DNA from: Desulfatiglandales bacterium
GTDB taxonomy: Bacteria; Desulfobacterota; DSM-4660; Desulfatiglandales; Desulfatiglandaceae
Assembly (NCBI GenBank): GCA_963666345.1
Contig: OY762721.1
Location: 736,001 to 800,000 of the forward strand
Reading direction: 5' to 3'
Length of the DNA stretch: 64,000 nucleotides
The notes under the pieces are model-generated. The model was not told the DNA's origin, made no database searches, and saw nothing but the letters and a program-made list of their open reading frames with translations. How positions within the stretch are numbered: position 1 is the first letter of the stretch; each line of letters starts with the position of its first letter. The translations under genes were made by a program, and so were the position numbers. This document shows positions 19,259-29,493 of this stretch, in pieces.

Positions 19259-21265
19259 TTAGTTGTTCTCTTCTTCCGCATTAGTCCCTTTGGAAGGCTC
19301 ATCTTCACTATCCGTCAAAATCCCCCTCTCTGCAAAATCTTTGCTCACGTAATCCAATCCCAGCTCATGCAGAGACTCTCTGGTAGGGATACCCTCGTTG
19401 TTCCAACCCCTGAACCTGTAATAGGTATCCAGGAGTTCCTTTTCAAGTTCCGGAAATCTTTTCTTCCAGTGGTCCTCCGGAGGCTTCTCATCTTTTCTTC
19501 TCATGCCTCTTCGTATATTAACGGCCCTCACCAAAGTCCGGTATCTTCTGGCCGCCTGTGTCAGCTTGTCCTCATCCATATCGATCCCGGCCCCTGCCGA
19601 GATAAATTTCGGGTAATTGTGTATATGATAAGGGGGTTTAAGCGGAAATGACGATAAACCGGCGCACATGCCGAGCGCGTCATCGATGTAGTGCATCCTC
19701 TCCTGCCAGTCGACGATATCGCAGCACATCTCAACCGTCGGGTAATAGGGGATGGAGTTTTCTCCGCGCATTTCCCAGTCCACAAAGTACTGTTTAAATT
19801 TTTCATCCGGAACATGGTGCCAGTCCTTTACAAACTCTTCCCTGTGCTCTCTTTTGGGAAAAGGCGCCTGGGGGAACTGCCCTTCAATCTGGGTGATGTT
19901 TATCTTCTCGCCGGTGCAATACATCAGGAAATATATGGGATTCAGCATTGACAGTTTAAGAGGCAGCTGCTCATGCTTCTTTATGTTGTTATGGGCATAT
20001 TCCTCCGCGCCCTTGCCGATCTGTCGGGCCGCCCAGTAGGTACCATTTGCCAGGACATCTCCTATCCCTTCCCGCCGGACAATCCGGTCGAGCAGCCAGT
20101 AAAATCTTCCTTTGTTATCGGAGGGCATCCCGGGAAAATCATCATCCGTTAAGATGCCGTTTTCGTAAAGTTCAAGGGCGAATGCCATCACCTGCGGGGT
20201 TGAGTATCCGTCCACACCATATTCCGTAGCACTTTGGGCGATACCCAGACCGAATTCCAGGTCTGCGAAGGCCGCCATGGTATAGGTCAGCTTGGAGAAA
20301 CATTTCATCATGTATGTTGGAATTCCCGGCATGGAGATGGTTGCCCCGCATTTCATCGGACAATTGTAGCAGCTGACCAGCCTCCTCCGCGAGTTTTCAA
20401 GTGTCTCCATCCATTGAGCTGCGATTTCCTCATTCCAAAAATCTTTTCTGCGCACACGGGAATTGCCCCACATGAAATTCTCGGTGTGCCATTTCTCGTC
20501 ATGGACCTTCATCTCCTGCGGTGAGCCAAGCCCGGCCAAAATGGGCATTACCCCCGGAATAGGTCTTTCGTTTCTCCATTTGATATATTCCAGCACCTCG
20601 CTGCACAGTTCCATGAATTCAGCAGGCCGTGCGACATTGATGTCCCTTGTCCCCCGAACGGCTATAGCCTTTAACCCTTTGTCTCCCATAACCGCGCCTA
20701 TGCCCCCCCGGCTGGCACTGGACCTGCCCTGCTCGATGGAAGCGAAATAGACCCTGTTTTCACCGGCCAGGCCGATAGCCGCCACCTGCGCCTTCGGCTC
20801 ATTCAACTCCTGACGAATAAGTTCTTCAGTTTCAAGAGCGCCTTTTCCCTTCAGATGGGAGGCATCGCGTATTTCCACCTTGTCATTGTTTATCCACAAA
20901 TAAACCAGTTCGGGGGACTTGCCGCGAATGACCACCTTGTCGTAACCGGCATATTTCAACTCAGGCGCCCAAAACCCCCCCATCATTGAAAATGCCATTA
21001 ACTTGGTCTGAGGTGAAATGGTGGAAACAATGGTACGATTACAACCGGTAGCGGGTGTGCCGCACAGAAGACCGGCGCTGAATATTAACAGATTATCAGG
21101 AGAAAAGGGTTCAACTTCAGGGGGAACCCTGTCCCACAATATCTTGGCGTTCGTACCCAGGCCCCCCAGATAAAGTTCGGTATCTCTCGGGTCGGTTTCT
21201 TCCCTCTCAATGCTTCCCCGGGACAGATCAATCTCCAGATTAAACCCTGTCTCTGCGTACCTCAT
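19259..21265 (-). CDS. bamB: BamB, tungsten-pterin catalytic subunit of class II benzoyl-CoA reductase
   Basis: AOR-family fold with Bam-type GSPQEM..DEKWHTENFMWGN, SCYNCPMKC, MMKCFSKLTY, ITQIEGQFP. Confidence 0.92.
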   Translation of the reverse strand: MRYAETGFNLEIDLSRGSIEREETDPRDTELYLGGLGTNAKILWDRVPPEVEPFSPDNLLIFSAGLLCGTPATGCNRTIVSTISPQTKLMAFSMMGGFWAPELKYAGYDKVVIRGKSPELVYLWINNDKVEIRDASHLKGKGALETEELIRQELNEPKAQVAAIGLAGENRVYFASIEQGRSSASRGGIGAVMGDKGLKAIAVRGTRDINVARPAEFMELCSEVLEYIKWRNERPIPGVMPILAGLGSPQEMKVHDEKWHTENFMWGNSRVRRKDFWNEEIAAQWMETLENSRRRLVSCYNCPMKCGATISMPGIPTYMMKCFSKLTYTMAAFADLEFGLGIAQSATEYGVDGYSTPQVMAFALELYENGILTDDDFPGMPSDNKGRFYWLLDRIVRREGIGDVLANGTYWAARQIGKGAEEYAHNNIKKHEQLPLKLSMLNPIYFLMYCTGEKINITQIEGQFPQAPFPKREHREEFVKDWHHVPDEKFKQYFVDWEMRGENSIPYYPTVEMCCDIVDWQERMHYIDDALGMCAGLSSFPLKPPYHIHNYPKFISAGAGIDMDEDKLTQAARRYRTLVRAVNIRRGMRRKDEKPPEDHWKKRFPELEKELLDTYYRFRGWNNEGIPTRESLHELGLDYVSKDFAERGILTDSEDEPSKGTNAEEENN

Positions 21266-21406
21266 TTTTTTCCCCTTCTGGCTGACCCGAATCCGCAGAC
21301 AGCCCTTCCCTTAATCACGGATTGCAGGCACTTAACAAAAAACTGTCTTCACCACTCAAAACTTCAATAGACCGCAAATAACACATACTCAGAGGATCCC
21401 GGAAAA

Positions 21407-21859
21407 TCAGTGGTCCAGGTCCCTGCTGAGGTTTATGAAGTTGCTCCTGTCAAATCCAAGGGTCTTGAAAAAGGACAGGAGATCCGCCGAATCCCACCTT
21501 ACAGAGGTAAAGATCCTGCTTATGCCCTGCTCACCGCATACCCTGAAGATCTCTTCAGCAAGCTTCACGCCTATACCCTGTCCCATGAATCCGGGTGACA
21601 CACCCATGGTGGCGATCCACGCACTTTTTTCAAGCCCGAATCCGCCGTTCAGCAGGTAGGTAATCATAAATCCGGCGATCTTTCCGTCTATCTCGGCCAC
21701 AAAACTCAAATTCCGGCTGTCTATCTCCTGATCTTCTATTAAATGACCGAAATCTATATCAACAGTGGACTTTGTGATGGTGGACTGAATGTCGGCAACA
21801 GCCGCCGCATCTTTGCTATCGATTCTTCTTACAACTAAAGATCCCTTTTCAAGCCCCAT
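21407..21859 (-). CDS. GNAT-family acetyltransferase-fold protein
   Basis: SFVAEIDG, MGVSPGFMGQGIG, FFKTLGF. Confidence 0.88.
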   Translation of the reverse strand: MGLEKGSLVVRRIDSKDAAAVADIQSTITKSTVDIDFGHLIEDQEIDSRNLSFVAEIDGKIAGFMITYLLNGGFGLEKSAWIATMGVSPGFMGQGIGVKLAEEIFRVCGEQGISRIFTSVRWDSADLLSFFKTLGFDRSNFINLSRDLDH

Positions 21860-21880
21860 ACCGGCCTTTCCAAAAAGCCA

Positions 21881-22072
21881 TTAGTCAATCCTTATTATTT
21901 TGACACGGCAACCCACCCAGTCGGGCGGCAAATATACCCGCCCGCTGTTACCGCTCAGCCTTACAACCTTCTCGAGCATTTCTTCACCATAGACCTCGAA
22001 TTTCACCTTTCTTTGCCCTCCTTCAGAGTCCTGAGGCTGCCCGGGCTTTGATTTTTTTTTATCAGCCATCAT
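21881..22072 (-). CDS. Small DUF2080-like protein
   Basis: KVKFEVYGEEMLEKVVRLSGNSGRVYLPPDWVGCRVKIIR. Confidence 0.75.
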   Translation of the reverse strand: MMADKKKSKPGQPQDSEGGQRKVKFEVYGEEMLEKVVRLSGNSGRVYLPPDWVGCRVKIIRID

Positions 22073-22162
22073 TCTCACATTTGTTTTCTGTCCTGGGCCG
22101 AATAAAAGGCCCTAATATATTGTTATAGTTGCTTTTAATTTCCACTTAGGTACCATTTCAGC

Positions 22163-22208
22163 AACTACAAATTAACTACAATCTAGCTATAAAGTAACTA
22201 TATGTCAA
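22163..22208 (-). promoter_or_regulatory. Sigma70 promoter (TTGACA-17-TAGATT) overlapped by four 11-bp-periodic direct repeats
   Basis: -35 at 22208-22203, -10 at 22185-22180; repeats aactacaa 22163, aactacaa 22174, agctataa 22185, aactatat 22196. Confidence 0.75.
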
Positions 22209-22532
22209 GGAAAAAACAGGCCTCTCGGCATGTCCTTACCATGTGCCTCTAAGGTAAAAATAGGGAAGATTTCGGGAGAAGATATTGTGAATGGTTATTA
22301 AAATTATATCAAAGGATGGAGCCTGTCTTTAATAAAATACCAGATCCCTTTTCCGCCGACAGAATCCTGAAGATCAAGAGGAACCTCTATCCTGAAGCAG
22401 TATGCATATGGTGTTCTGATTTGATATGACGGTGAAGAAATAGATTAAATTGATCCGGGCATCAACCCGCCTCCTTGTACCCAAAGTGAGTAAGTATTGG
22501 GTGTAAGGGATGGATTCAATCGGGTAGGCAAT

Positions 22533-22562
22533 AAAAAAACCCACCGTTTCCGGTGGGTTATT
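22533..22562 (-). terminator. Rho-independent terminator just beyond the att repeat (probably the original tRNA terminator)
   Basis: aaaaaaacccaccg-tttc-cggtgggtt hairpin with U-tract on the minus strand. Confidence 0.65.
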
Positions 22563-23184
22563 ATTTTTCTGGTGCGAAGGCGAGAGCCACATAGAAAGAC
22601 TTAAAGTATTGGAATTAATGTTAAATGTAAGTGCTTTAAGGGGTGGTAAGTTTAATATACCCGCTTTTGTACCCGCTTTTTACGGGAGTGAGTCGAGATA
22701 GTTCTTTCAGTTACTATTATTTAAAATGTTAAGTTTAAAGTTCAAACTTATTGTTTTTTATATGCCTTGTTCCTTACATATTTTTCTAAATAATTTAAAG
22801 TGCACACTTTATATTGTAGAATATCTCCGTATGGTTTTTTTGGCTACTTCAATAAATGATTTTTCGCCATGATATTCAAGGTTCCAGCACTATCTGAAGA
22901 CCTGTAATCAATAGCAGTTACATACAATTAGCGCTATACGTGAATATGTCAGACGTATCTAAGGTTTTCTGGCCAGCGGATACCCTTAGGGTTCTATAAG
23001 CTATCTCAAGGCGACCCGGTGAAAAATCGATCTCATAGAAAAATCTTTTACTTTGTTACCTCTTTCGTTAAAATACGATTCTGTCAATAGGCGTTGAAAA
23101 TTGACCCATCATCGGCGTCCAAAATTGACCCACCCCTGAGAAAAAAATATGGTTAAATAGTTGAGTAGTTGATCCCTTCTTTAT

Positions 23185-23916
23185 CTATGAAGCTGCGTGT
23201 TTCATTCTCCAGCTTTCGTTACCTGTTTCTATAATTTCACAATGATGAGTCAATCGATCAAGCATGGCCGTAGTCATCTTTTTATCTCCAAAGACTTGGG
23301 GCCATTCACCGAAGGTCAAGTTGGTGGTAATCACTATGGATGTCTGTTCGTAGAGTTTTGATATAAGATGAAAGAGCAGTTGACTGCCGTTTTTGGAAAA
23401 AGGCAGATAACCCAGTTCATCGAGGACCACAAGATCAAATCGAAGTAGTCTTGCTGTGATTTTGCCGGCCAATCCAATCATTTTTTCCTGCTCAAGCTCA
23501 TTTGCCAGATCCACCAGGTTATAAAACTTGCACTTCCTGCCATTCCTTATGGCCTGGGCCGCTATAGTTATGGCTAAATGGGTTTTGCCCGTACCGGTGC
23601 CACCTACAAAAATCAGGTTGATATGTTCGGCTATAAAATCACCCTGATAAATAGACCTAATCTGGGCTTCATCAACACAGGCCCCGTTAAAATCAAAGCC
23701 ATCGATATCTTTAAGGACAGGAAACCTGGCCTGTCCCATACGATATCGGATACTCCTTATATATCTTTCGGCAGCTTCAGCCTTGAGCAGTTCCAGGATT
23801 ACCTTTTCAGGAGTTGAATGGGTCTTGCGTCCATTGGAGACAACTTCATCATAAATGGACTGCATACCCCGCAACTTTAGTTTTTCCATATGGTCCATGA
23901 TATCATTGCGCAGCAT
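23185..23916 (-). CDS. istB: IS21 helper ATPase IstB
   Basis: [33 protein letters not shown]. Confidence 0.95.
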   Translation of the reverse strand: MLRNDIMDHMEKLKLRGMQSIYDEVVSNGRKTHSTPEKVILELLKAEAAERYIRSIRYRMGQARFPVLKDIDGFDFNGACVDEAQIRSIYQGDFIAEHINLIFVGGTGTGKTHLAITIAAQAIRNGRKCKFYNLVDLANELEQEKMIGLAGKITARLLRFDLVVLDELGYLPFSKNGSQLLFHLISKLYEQTSIVITTNLTFGEWPQVFGDKKMTTAMLDRLTHHCEIIETGNESWRMKHAAS

Positions 23917-25420
23917 GGTATCCCTCCCTTACCAAACGTTCATAGCGGTGGCAGTCTGCTATGGGCTCTTGCTTGAGAATCAGATGGGAGGGGATACCCA
24001 AATCAGGCGTGCAATCCTGATCCTGATCCCTGTTTAAAAGATTGAGAACCACCTCTTTACTTACGGCCCTGATCTCTAGGGCCTCCTTACAGGCTTTACT
24101 TACAGCCTCAAGTCCGTAGAAAGGAACAGCATTTAGAATGGCCACAAACTGACGGTCCCAGTCGGAAAAACGGTTTTGAAGCCCATTAAGGACGCCTTGC
24201 ACAGGATGAGGAAGTTGCCAGTCTTTAAAGGGTGCTCCATTACGGAGAGCCCCGGGCTTACGTTCAAGGACCGGGACATAATGCCAGGGATTAAAAATAG
24301 TCTTGTTCTTTCCAAAATGCCTATCATGCTCTCCTACGATACAACCGTTATTTACTATCACTATCCGATCGGCATATACTCTCATATAGACCGCTTTACC
24401 CACCTGGCTGCAATTAACGCTGTATCGGTTCCGGTCATAGGTTACAAGTGAGCTGGGGGTAACCCTGGCTGGACGTTGTGCATATCCATCAAAGGGAGGT
24501 GGTAGATTTATCAGATAGGGTCTCTCTTCACTGTAGACCTGCCAAACCGTCTTATCAGATATTGTTGGATGCTTACGGGTCTTTGCCCAGGTGATGCATT
24601 GTTCTCTAAGCAGCTCGTTTAGGTGTGTGAAATCCCTGGCCTTGATTCGGGGAGTGAAAAATCTCCTTCTGACCACACCTACCTGGTTTTCCACCTGACC
24701 CTTTTCCCAGCCTGCAGCAGGGGTGCAGCTTACCGGTTCAAATAAATAATGGGAACACAGTTGGCTGAAGCGGCTGTTGAACTGTCTTTCCCTTCCTCCC
24801 AGGATCTTGTTAACCACTGTTTTGAGATTGTCATATATGCCTTTACGGCAAACTCCTCCAAAAAACTCAAAGGCCCTGATATGGGCATCAAACACCATCT
24901 CCTGGGTCTCTCTGGGGTAGGCAATACAAAGGAAGTAGCGGCTGTGACATAACCTTATATGTGCGACCTTTGCCTTTACTCTGCTTCCGTCCAGATCTAC
25001 CCACTCATGACTCCAGTCAAACTGAAAGGCTTCTGCAGGATCAAATACCAAAGGTATAAATACCTCCTTTGGCAAGCTCCTTTGATCCTGGTGCCATCTT
25101 TGAACATATCTCCTTACGCTGTCATAGCCACCTTCGTAGCCGTTGAGTTGCAGCTCTTCAAAAAGTATCTGGGCTGTCCTGCGCAGTTTTCTGGGCAGTT
25201 TCTCATCTTCTTCCAGAAAGCCTTTCAGCATGTCTATAAACGGTCCTAGCTTGGGTCTCGGCTGGTTGCTTCGTTCGTACTGAAAAGATGTTTCTCCGCT
25301 CCTTATCGCCTTTTTTACTGTATTTTTGCTAAGGCGCAGATCCTTCGCTGTCTGACGTATGGATTTGCCATCTCTGAGAACAGCTAATCGTATCTTACGG
25401 ATTGTTTCCACTGTGAGCAT
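23903..25420 (-). CDS. istA: IS21 transposase IstA
   Basis: N-terminal [35 protein letters not shown]. Confidence 0.95.
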   Translation of the reverse strand: MLTVETIRKIRLAVLRDGKSIRQTAKDLRLSKNTVKKAIRSGETSFQYERSNQPRPKLGPFIDMLKGFLEEDEKLPRKLRRTAQILFEELQLNGYEGGYDSVRRYVQRWHQDQRSLPKEVFIPLVFDPAEAFQFDWSHEWVDLDGSRVKAKVAHIRLCHSRYFLCIAYPRETQEMVFDAHIRAFEFFGGVCRKGIYDNLKTVVNKILGGRERQFNSRFSQLCSHYLFEPVSCTPAAGWEKGQVENQVGVVRRRFFTPRIKARDFTHLNELLREQCITWAKTRKHPTISDKTVWQVYSEERPYLINLPPPFDGYAQRPARVTPSSLVTYDRNRYSVNCSQVGKAVYMRVYADRIVIVNNGCIVGEHDRHFGKNKTIFNPWHYVPVLERKPGALRNGAPFKDWQLPHPVQGVLNGLQNRFSDWDRQFVAILNAVPFYGLEAVSKACKEALEIRAVSKEVVLNLLNRDQDQDCTPDLGIPSHLILKQEPIADCHRYERLVREGYHAAQ

Positions 25421-25534
25421 CCCTTTCCGCCTCCTTCTACCATAGTCACAGCAGAATAGAAGGCTTTCAGGGGTGGGTCAATTTTGGACGCCGATTCGCC
25501 CTATAGGTGGGTCATTTTTGCATGCCGATTCACA

Positions 25535-26278
25535 GCTATTTCGATATTTAATATATTTTTCATCAAATCTATCTTGAAGCTGATATATCACTCCATCTTT
25601 GTCTTCAACACAGGCACCGTCCAATCCAACAAGGGTTACTTCCGGGCCTCCTGTTAGCATTTGAAATCCATGTTCAATGTCTATATTTTCAGTGCCTAAC
25701 ATAGGTAAATCCCATACACCATCAATGCTTGTTACGTTCCCCTTAAAACTCATTGTGGAAGGGGGTACTTTACCATCATATTTCTCTGATTCTTCACGTA
25801 TGTGGATGATAGCGGCTTCGATCATATCAGTGATAATATTAGTTTGTTCTTCAGGAGAATGCTTTTTCAATAATCTACTTTTCAACTCTTCATCGTGTCC
25901 CAACCGCTGTGGCCCGTTCTCATTAATCAACTCATCATCTTTTAAGTAAAAACCAATATCGTGCCCAGGAAAATGGACAGCTATCATCCCGTCACTCCTT
26001 CCACGCGTTTCCGCCGTTTGCCAAGATGCCATTTTTCTAAATTTTGTCTCCCACTCCTCAAAAGGAAGGAATTTTTCACCACGTTTGGCATGAGCATGAT
26101 TCACGAAGTTTACTGACAATTTCAGGTGTCTGTCCAGGGCAAGGCGTAATACATCGGATTCATTAACTTCCTCGCCGAACATAATTGATAAATATTTCGC
26201 GGCTTCTGGTATTGTTAGCCAGTTTTTCAACTGAAAAAGTTTACTTTTTCTGAGTGATTTAATGTCGTCCATATTCAC
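25535..26278 (-). pseudogene. Island hypothetical protein (integrase-adjacent), 3'-truncated by IS21
   Basis: LKNWLTIPEAAKYLS HTH-like start; reading frame runs into the IS21 terminal IR and stops at 25478. Confidence 0.7.
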
Positions 26279-26290
26279 TTACCTTTCAAT

Positions 26291-27529
26291 TTATATGCCT
26301 GCTACTTTACCAAAAGGAATAATCTTTGCGCCGGACTCCAATTGTTGAAGTTTATCTGCCCACCACTGCATTAATTTTTTTCGTTGTTCAATATAATCGC
26401 TCCGATGGTATGCTGCCCTTACTCGGTTGCGTTCTTCATGGGCCAGGGCCTTTTCTATAACGTCACCATCAAAGCCGGACTCATTTGCAATTGTTGAAAA
26501 GGTTGCTCTGAATCCATGAACGGTTGCTTGTGAGTGGTATCCTATCCGATAAAGGGCATAAAGCATTGTGTTTTCTGATAGTTGCTTACTGCCTTGCCTT
26601 ATCCCAGGAAAAAGAAATCCATCTTTCCCCCATAACTTGCCAGCCCTTTCAATTATTGAAAGAGCTTGTTTTGACAATGGAACGGTGTGTGGTTTGTCCA
26701 TCTTCATCCTAGTTGCTGGAATTTTCCAAAGTTTGTTTTCAAGGTCAATCTCATTCCAGGTCGCCCCTCTTACTTCCCCGCTTCTGGAGGCCGTAAGAAT
26801 AGTGAATTGCAATGCAAGTTTGGTGGTGATATGGATATCCCCATAAGATAAATCATGCAAAAACTTAGGCAGATCATCAATGGTGAGAGCGGCCCTGTGA
26901 GTCACTTTTCTACTTTTTAAAACTCCACGCATCTCGCCTGCCGGGTTGTAGGTGGCTTTACCTGTCTGTACTGCGTATCTAAAAATAGCCGTAATTCTTT
27001 GCAGTACCTTGGAAGCTATCTCCAGTGTGCCCCGCTTTTCAATTGGTTTAATTACTTTTAAAATTGTAGGTGGAGTGATTGTGTCTACTGGAAGATCACC
27101 GATGATGGGAAATACGTTCTTACGTAACGAATTAAGCACCGCGGAGGCATGGTTATTACTCCAGCGTTCCTCTTGTTGAGTAATCCACTCTAATGCAACA
27201 AATTCAAAGGTGTTCTTGTTGATTTGTTTTTCTGCTTCTGCTTTGGCAATTTCGGCCTGTCTCTTTTCTTTTCGGGTATGAGCTGGATTTTTACCTTTCT
27301 TGACTATTTCACGGGCCTCTTGCCTCTTAATTCTAGACGTTTCAAGGCTCATCGAAGGATATTCGCCCAGAACAACAGTCGATTCTTTATCTGCCAGCTT
27401 GAACCTATATCGCCACGTTCTTTTCCCGCTTGTGGAAACATGGAGATATAGACCTTTGCCGTCACTGAGTTTATAAGGCTTGTTTTTGGGTTTGGCGTTT
27501 CGAACCGCTACGGCACTAAGCTTTGACAT
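26291..27529 (-). CDS. P4-type tyrosine integrase
   Basis: KPYKLSDGKGLYL arm-binding domain; catalytic R (SRSGE), K, HGFR, LAH, AAY. Confidence 0.95.
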   Translation of the reverse strand: MSKLSAVAVRNAKPKNKPYKLSDGKGLYLHVSTSGKRTWRYRFKLADKESTVVLGEYPSMSLETSRIKRQEAREIVKKGKNPAHTRKEKRQAEIAKAEAEKQINKNTFEFVALEWITQQEERWSNNHASAVLNSLRKNVFPIIGDLPVDTITPPTILKVIKPIEKRGTLEIASKVLQRITAIFRYAVQTGKATYNPAGEMRGVLKSRKVTHRAALTIDDLPKFLHDLSYGDIHITTKLALQFTILTASRSGEVRGATWNEIDLENKLWKIPATRMKMDKPHTVPLSKQALSIIERAGKLWGKDGFLFPGIRQGSKQLSENTMLYALYRIGYHSQATVHGFRATFSTIANESGFDGDVIEKALAHEERNRVRAAYHRSDYIEQRKKLMQWWADKLQQLESGAKIIPFGKVAGI

Positions 27530-27718
27530 TTTGAACCTCCATAAAATGGGTACAAAATAATGGGGGTATGTGGGTGCAAATGTTTGTACCCCCTTTTGTA
27601 CCCGCTTATTTTTAGGAAGTCAATGGAAAGTCTAGGAACACTTTGGATAACAAAAAACCCGCAAATCATTTCTGATCGCGGGTTCCATGTAAACTTAGGA
27701 CATTTTTAGACTAAAAAA

Positions 27719-27805
27719 TGGTGCCGAAGGCGAGACTCGAACTCGCACGGACCTACGCCCACTAGACCCTGAACCTAGCGCGTCTACCAGTTCCGCCACT
27801 TCGGC
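27719..27805 (-). tRNA. tRNA-Leu(CAG)
   Basis: GCCGAAGTGGCGGAACTGGTAGACGCGCTAGGTTCAGGGTCTAG..GTTCGAGTCTCGCCTTCGGCACCA; long variable arm; encoded CCA. Confidence 0.97.
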
Positions 27806-27966
27806 ATGAAAAAGGGTTGAAATACTAGGGGTGAAGATTATATTAGTGCACAAGGCTTGTCAACAGGTTAATTATGTTATAAAAGACCGACGATTACAGT
27901 TGACGGCCTGGAAGTTAAATAATCATATTTTGGGACTATTTTTCAGCCTTTGGAGTGCATATTATA

Positions 27967-28902
27967 ATGAAAACAATCTTTTCTCTGGACGAAATAGAAA
28001 AACCACTCAAAAACCCCGTGCTCACCATAGGCAATTTCGACGGCGTTCATCTTGGCCATCTGGCGCTCTTTGAAAAGGTAAAGGAAAGGGCAGCCAAGCT
28101 GAAAGGCCAGTCCGCGGTAATGACATTTCAGCCCCATCCAATCAAGGTAATGAAACCCGGTAACGGCCCGCCCCTTATTACACCGACCAGACAAAAGCTG
28201 AGCCTCATAGAAAAATCAGGAATAGACATAATATTCTGCATCCCCTTCACCAAACAGTTTGCAGCTATCACGGCGCGGCAGTTTATTGAGGATATCCTAA
28301 TAGCCAGGATAGGGATCAAGGAAATCATCGTAGGATATGATTATACCTTCGGAAACAGAAGAGAAGGCGACATTGAATATCTGAGGAAGGCCGGGGACCA
28401 TCTCGGTTTTACGGTGCATGAGGTTAAACCCGTTCAGATCGACCATACCCTGGTCTCAAGCACCTCTATCAGAAATCTTATCAGGGAAGGCGAGCTCAGG
28501 AAAGCGGAAAAACTCCTTGGAAGAAAATACCAGATAAGCGGCACTGTAGTGAAGGGTAAAAACAGGGGCGCCAGGCTGCTGGGATTTCCTACGGCAAATC
28601 TCAGGCTGGCGGATGAACTGACACCCAGACCGGGGGTATACGCGGTAAAGGTCCATCTCGATAACCGGGTATATGACGGGGTTACGAACATCGGATATAA
28701 CCCCACCTTCGGAAACGGGCAGTTTTCCGTTGAAACCCACCTGCTTGATTTCTCGGAAGATCTTCTTGAAAAGGATATCCGGGTTGATTTTATTGAAAGG
28801 CTTAGAAGCGAGAAGGGCTTTGACACACTGGAACAGCTTTCATCGCAGATAGCAAAGGATGTTCTGAGGGCACGGGAAAAACTGGCCGCTGAAGATATAT
28901 GA
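27967..28902 (+). CDS. ribF: Bifunctional riboflavin kinase/FAD synthetase
   Basis: TIGNFDGVHLGH, VSSTSIR, GFPTANL, GYNPTF, ETHLLDF. Confidence 0.96.
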   Translation: MKTIFSLDEIEKPLKNPVLTIGNFDGVHLGHLALFEKVKERAAKLKGQSAVMTFQPHPIKVMKPGNGPPLITPTRQKLSLIEKSGIDIIFCIPFTKQFAAITARQFIEDILIARIGIKEIIVGYDYTFGNRREGDIEYLRKAGDHLGFTVHEVKPVQIDHTLVSSTSIRNLIREGELRKAEKLLGRKYQISGTVVKGKNRGARLLGFPTANLRLADELTPRPGVYAVKVHLDNRVYDGVTNIGYNPTFGNGQFSVETHLLDFSEDLLEKDIRVDFIERLRSEKGFDTLEQLSSQIAKDVLRAREKLAAEDI

Positions 28903-28927
28903 GGTTCCAAAAAGGATTTTCCCGGGG

Positions 28928-29422
28928 CTAAGCCGGGTGTTCCCTCATGCGAAGCTTATCCGCGAATTGTTTATCCCTGTAGGATACAACGGTTACCGGG
29001 GAACGCCTGAAAATCTTTTCCGCCACGGATCCCAGCAGCACCTGTTCAAGGTCTGTCCGGCCTTTAGGTCCCATGACTATCATATCGACCTGCTCTTCCT
29101 TTATTATCTTAAGCAACTGTTCCATAGGATTTCCGATTTTAATCAGGGTCTTCATCCTTTCAAAGGGAAAGGAGGAGGCCTTTAGAATTTTTTCGATCGA
29201 GCCCTTTCTTCCCAGTTCTACACTCGAAATATAATGATCTCCATCAACGTTGTAACCCATATCGCTTACAACCCTGACAGCTTCAACGTCCCTGTTGTTG
29301 ATAATATTGGCAACTATCATATCTGCACCCAGGCCTTCGGCCAGGGAGGCAGCAAAATCAAAAACACCCTGGGAATATTCACCCAGACCGAGGGCGACCA
29401 AAATTTTTTCTGTCTTTTTCAT
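28928..29422 (-). CDS. Universal stress protein (UspA family)
   Basis: KILVA, DMIVMGPKGRT, LGSVAEKIFR. Confidence 0.9.
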   Translation of the reverse strand: MKKTEKILVALGLGEYSQGVFDFAASLAEGLGADMIVANIINNRDVEAVRVVSDMGYNVDGDHYISSVELGRKGSIEKILKASSFPFERMKTLIKIGNPMEQLLKIIKEEQVDMIVMGPKGRTDLEQVLLGSVAEKIFRRSPVTVVSYRDKQFADKLRMREHPA

Positions 29423-29493
29423 CGGAGCTATGCCTCTAAAATAAAAGATACCTTTCCAGAGTTAAGACACTGGGTTTAGTTACACCATGAGAT

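Larger units (their letters stand above)
23082..25534 (-). mobile_element. IS21-family insertion sequence
   Basis: Terminal IRs TGTCAATAGGCGTTGAAAATTGACCCA / TGTGAATCGGCATGCAAAAATGACCCA with internal repeated copies; istA-istB. Confidence 0.92.
22570..27735. mobile_element. Remnant integrative island (~5.1 kb) inserted at the tRNA-Leu 3' end
   Basis: Distal att tggtgc-gaaggcgaga (22570-22585) repeats the tRNA 3' end tggtgccgaaggcgaga; integrase next to tRNA; tacccgcttttgtacccgct-type repeats near both ends; AT-rich. Confidence 0.85.

Noticed and set aside
21407..22072. GNAT toxin-antitoxin pair
   Set aside because: The small gene lacks RHH/DUF1778 features and the pair leads a catabolic operon; a TA role is unsupported
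10294..22072. bam operon as cargo of the tRNA-Leu island
   Set aside because: The distal att repeat at 22570 places the operon outside the island
22163..22203. CRISPR array or replication iterons
   Set aside because: The units are 8 bp with 3-bp gaps, with no spacers and no cas or rep gene; no CRISPR array was seen anywhere in the window
22374..22592. 72-aa ORF
   Set aside because: Overlaps the att site and terminator; no RBS or recognisable motif
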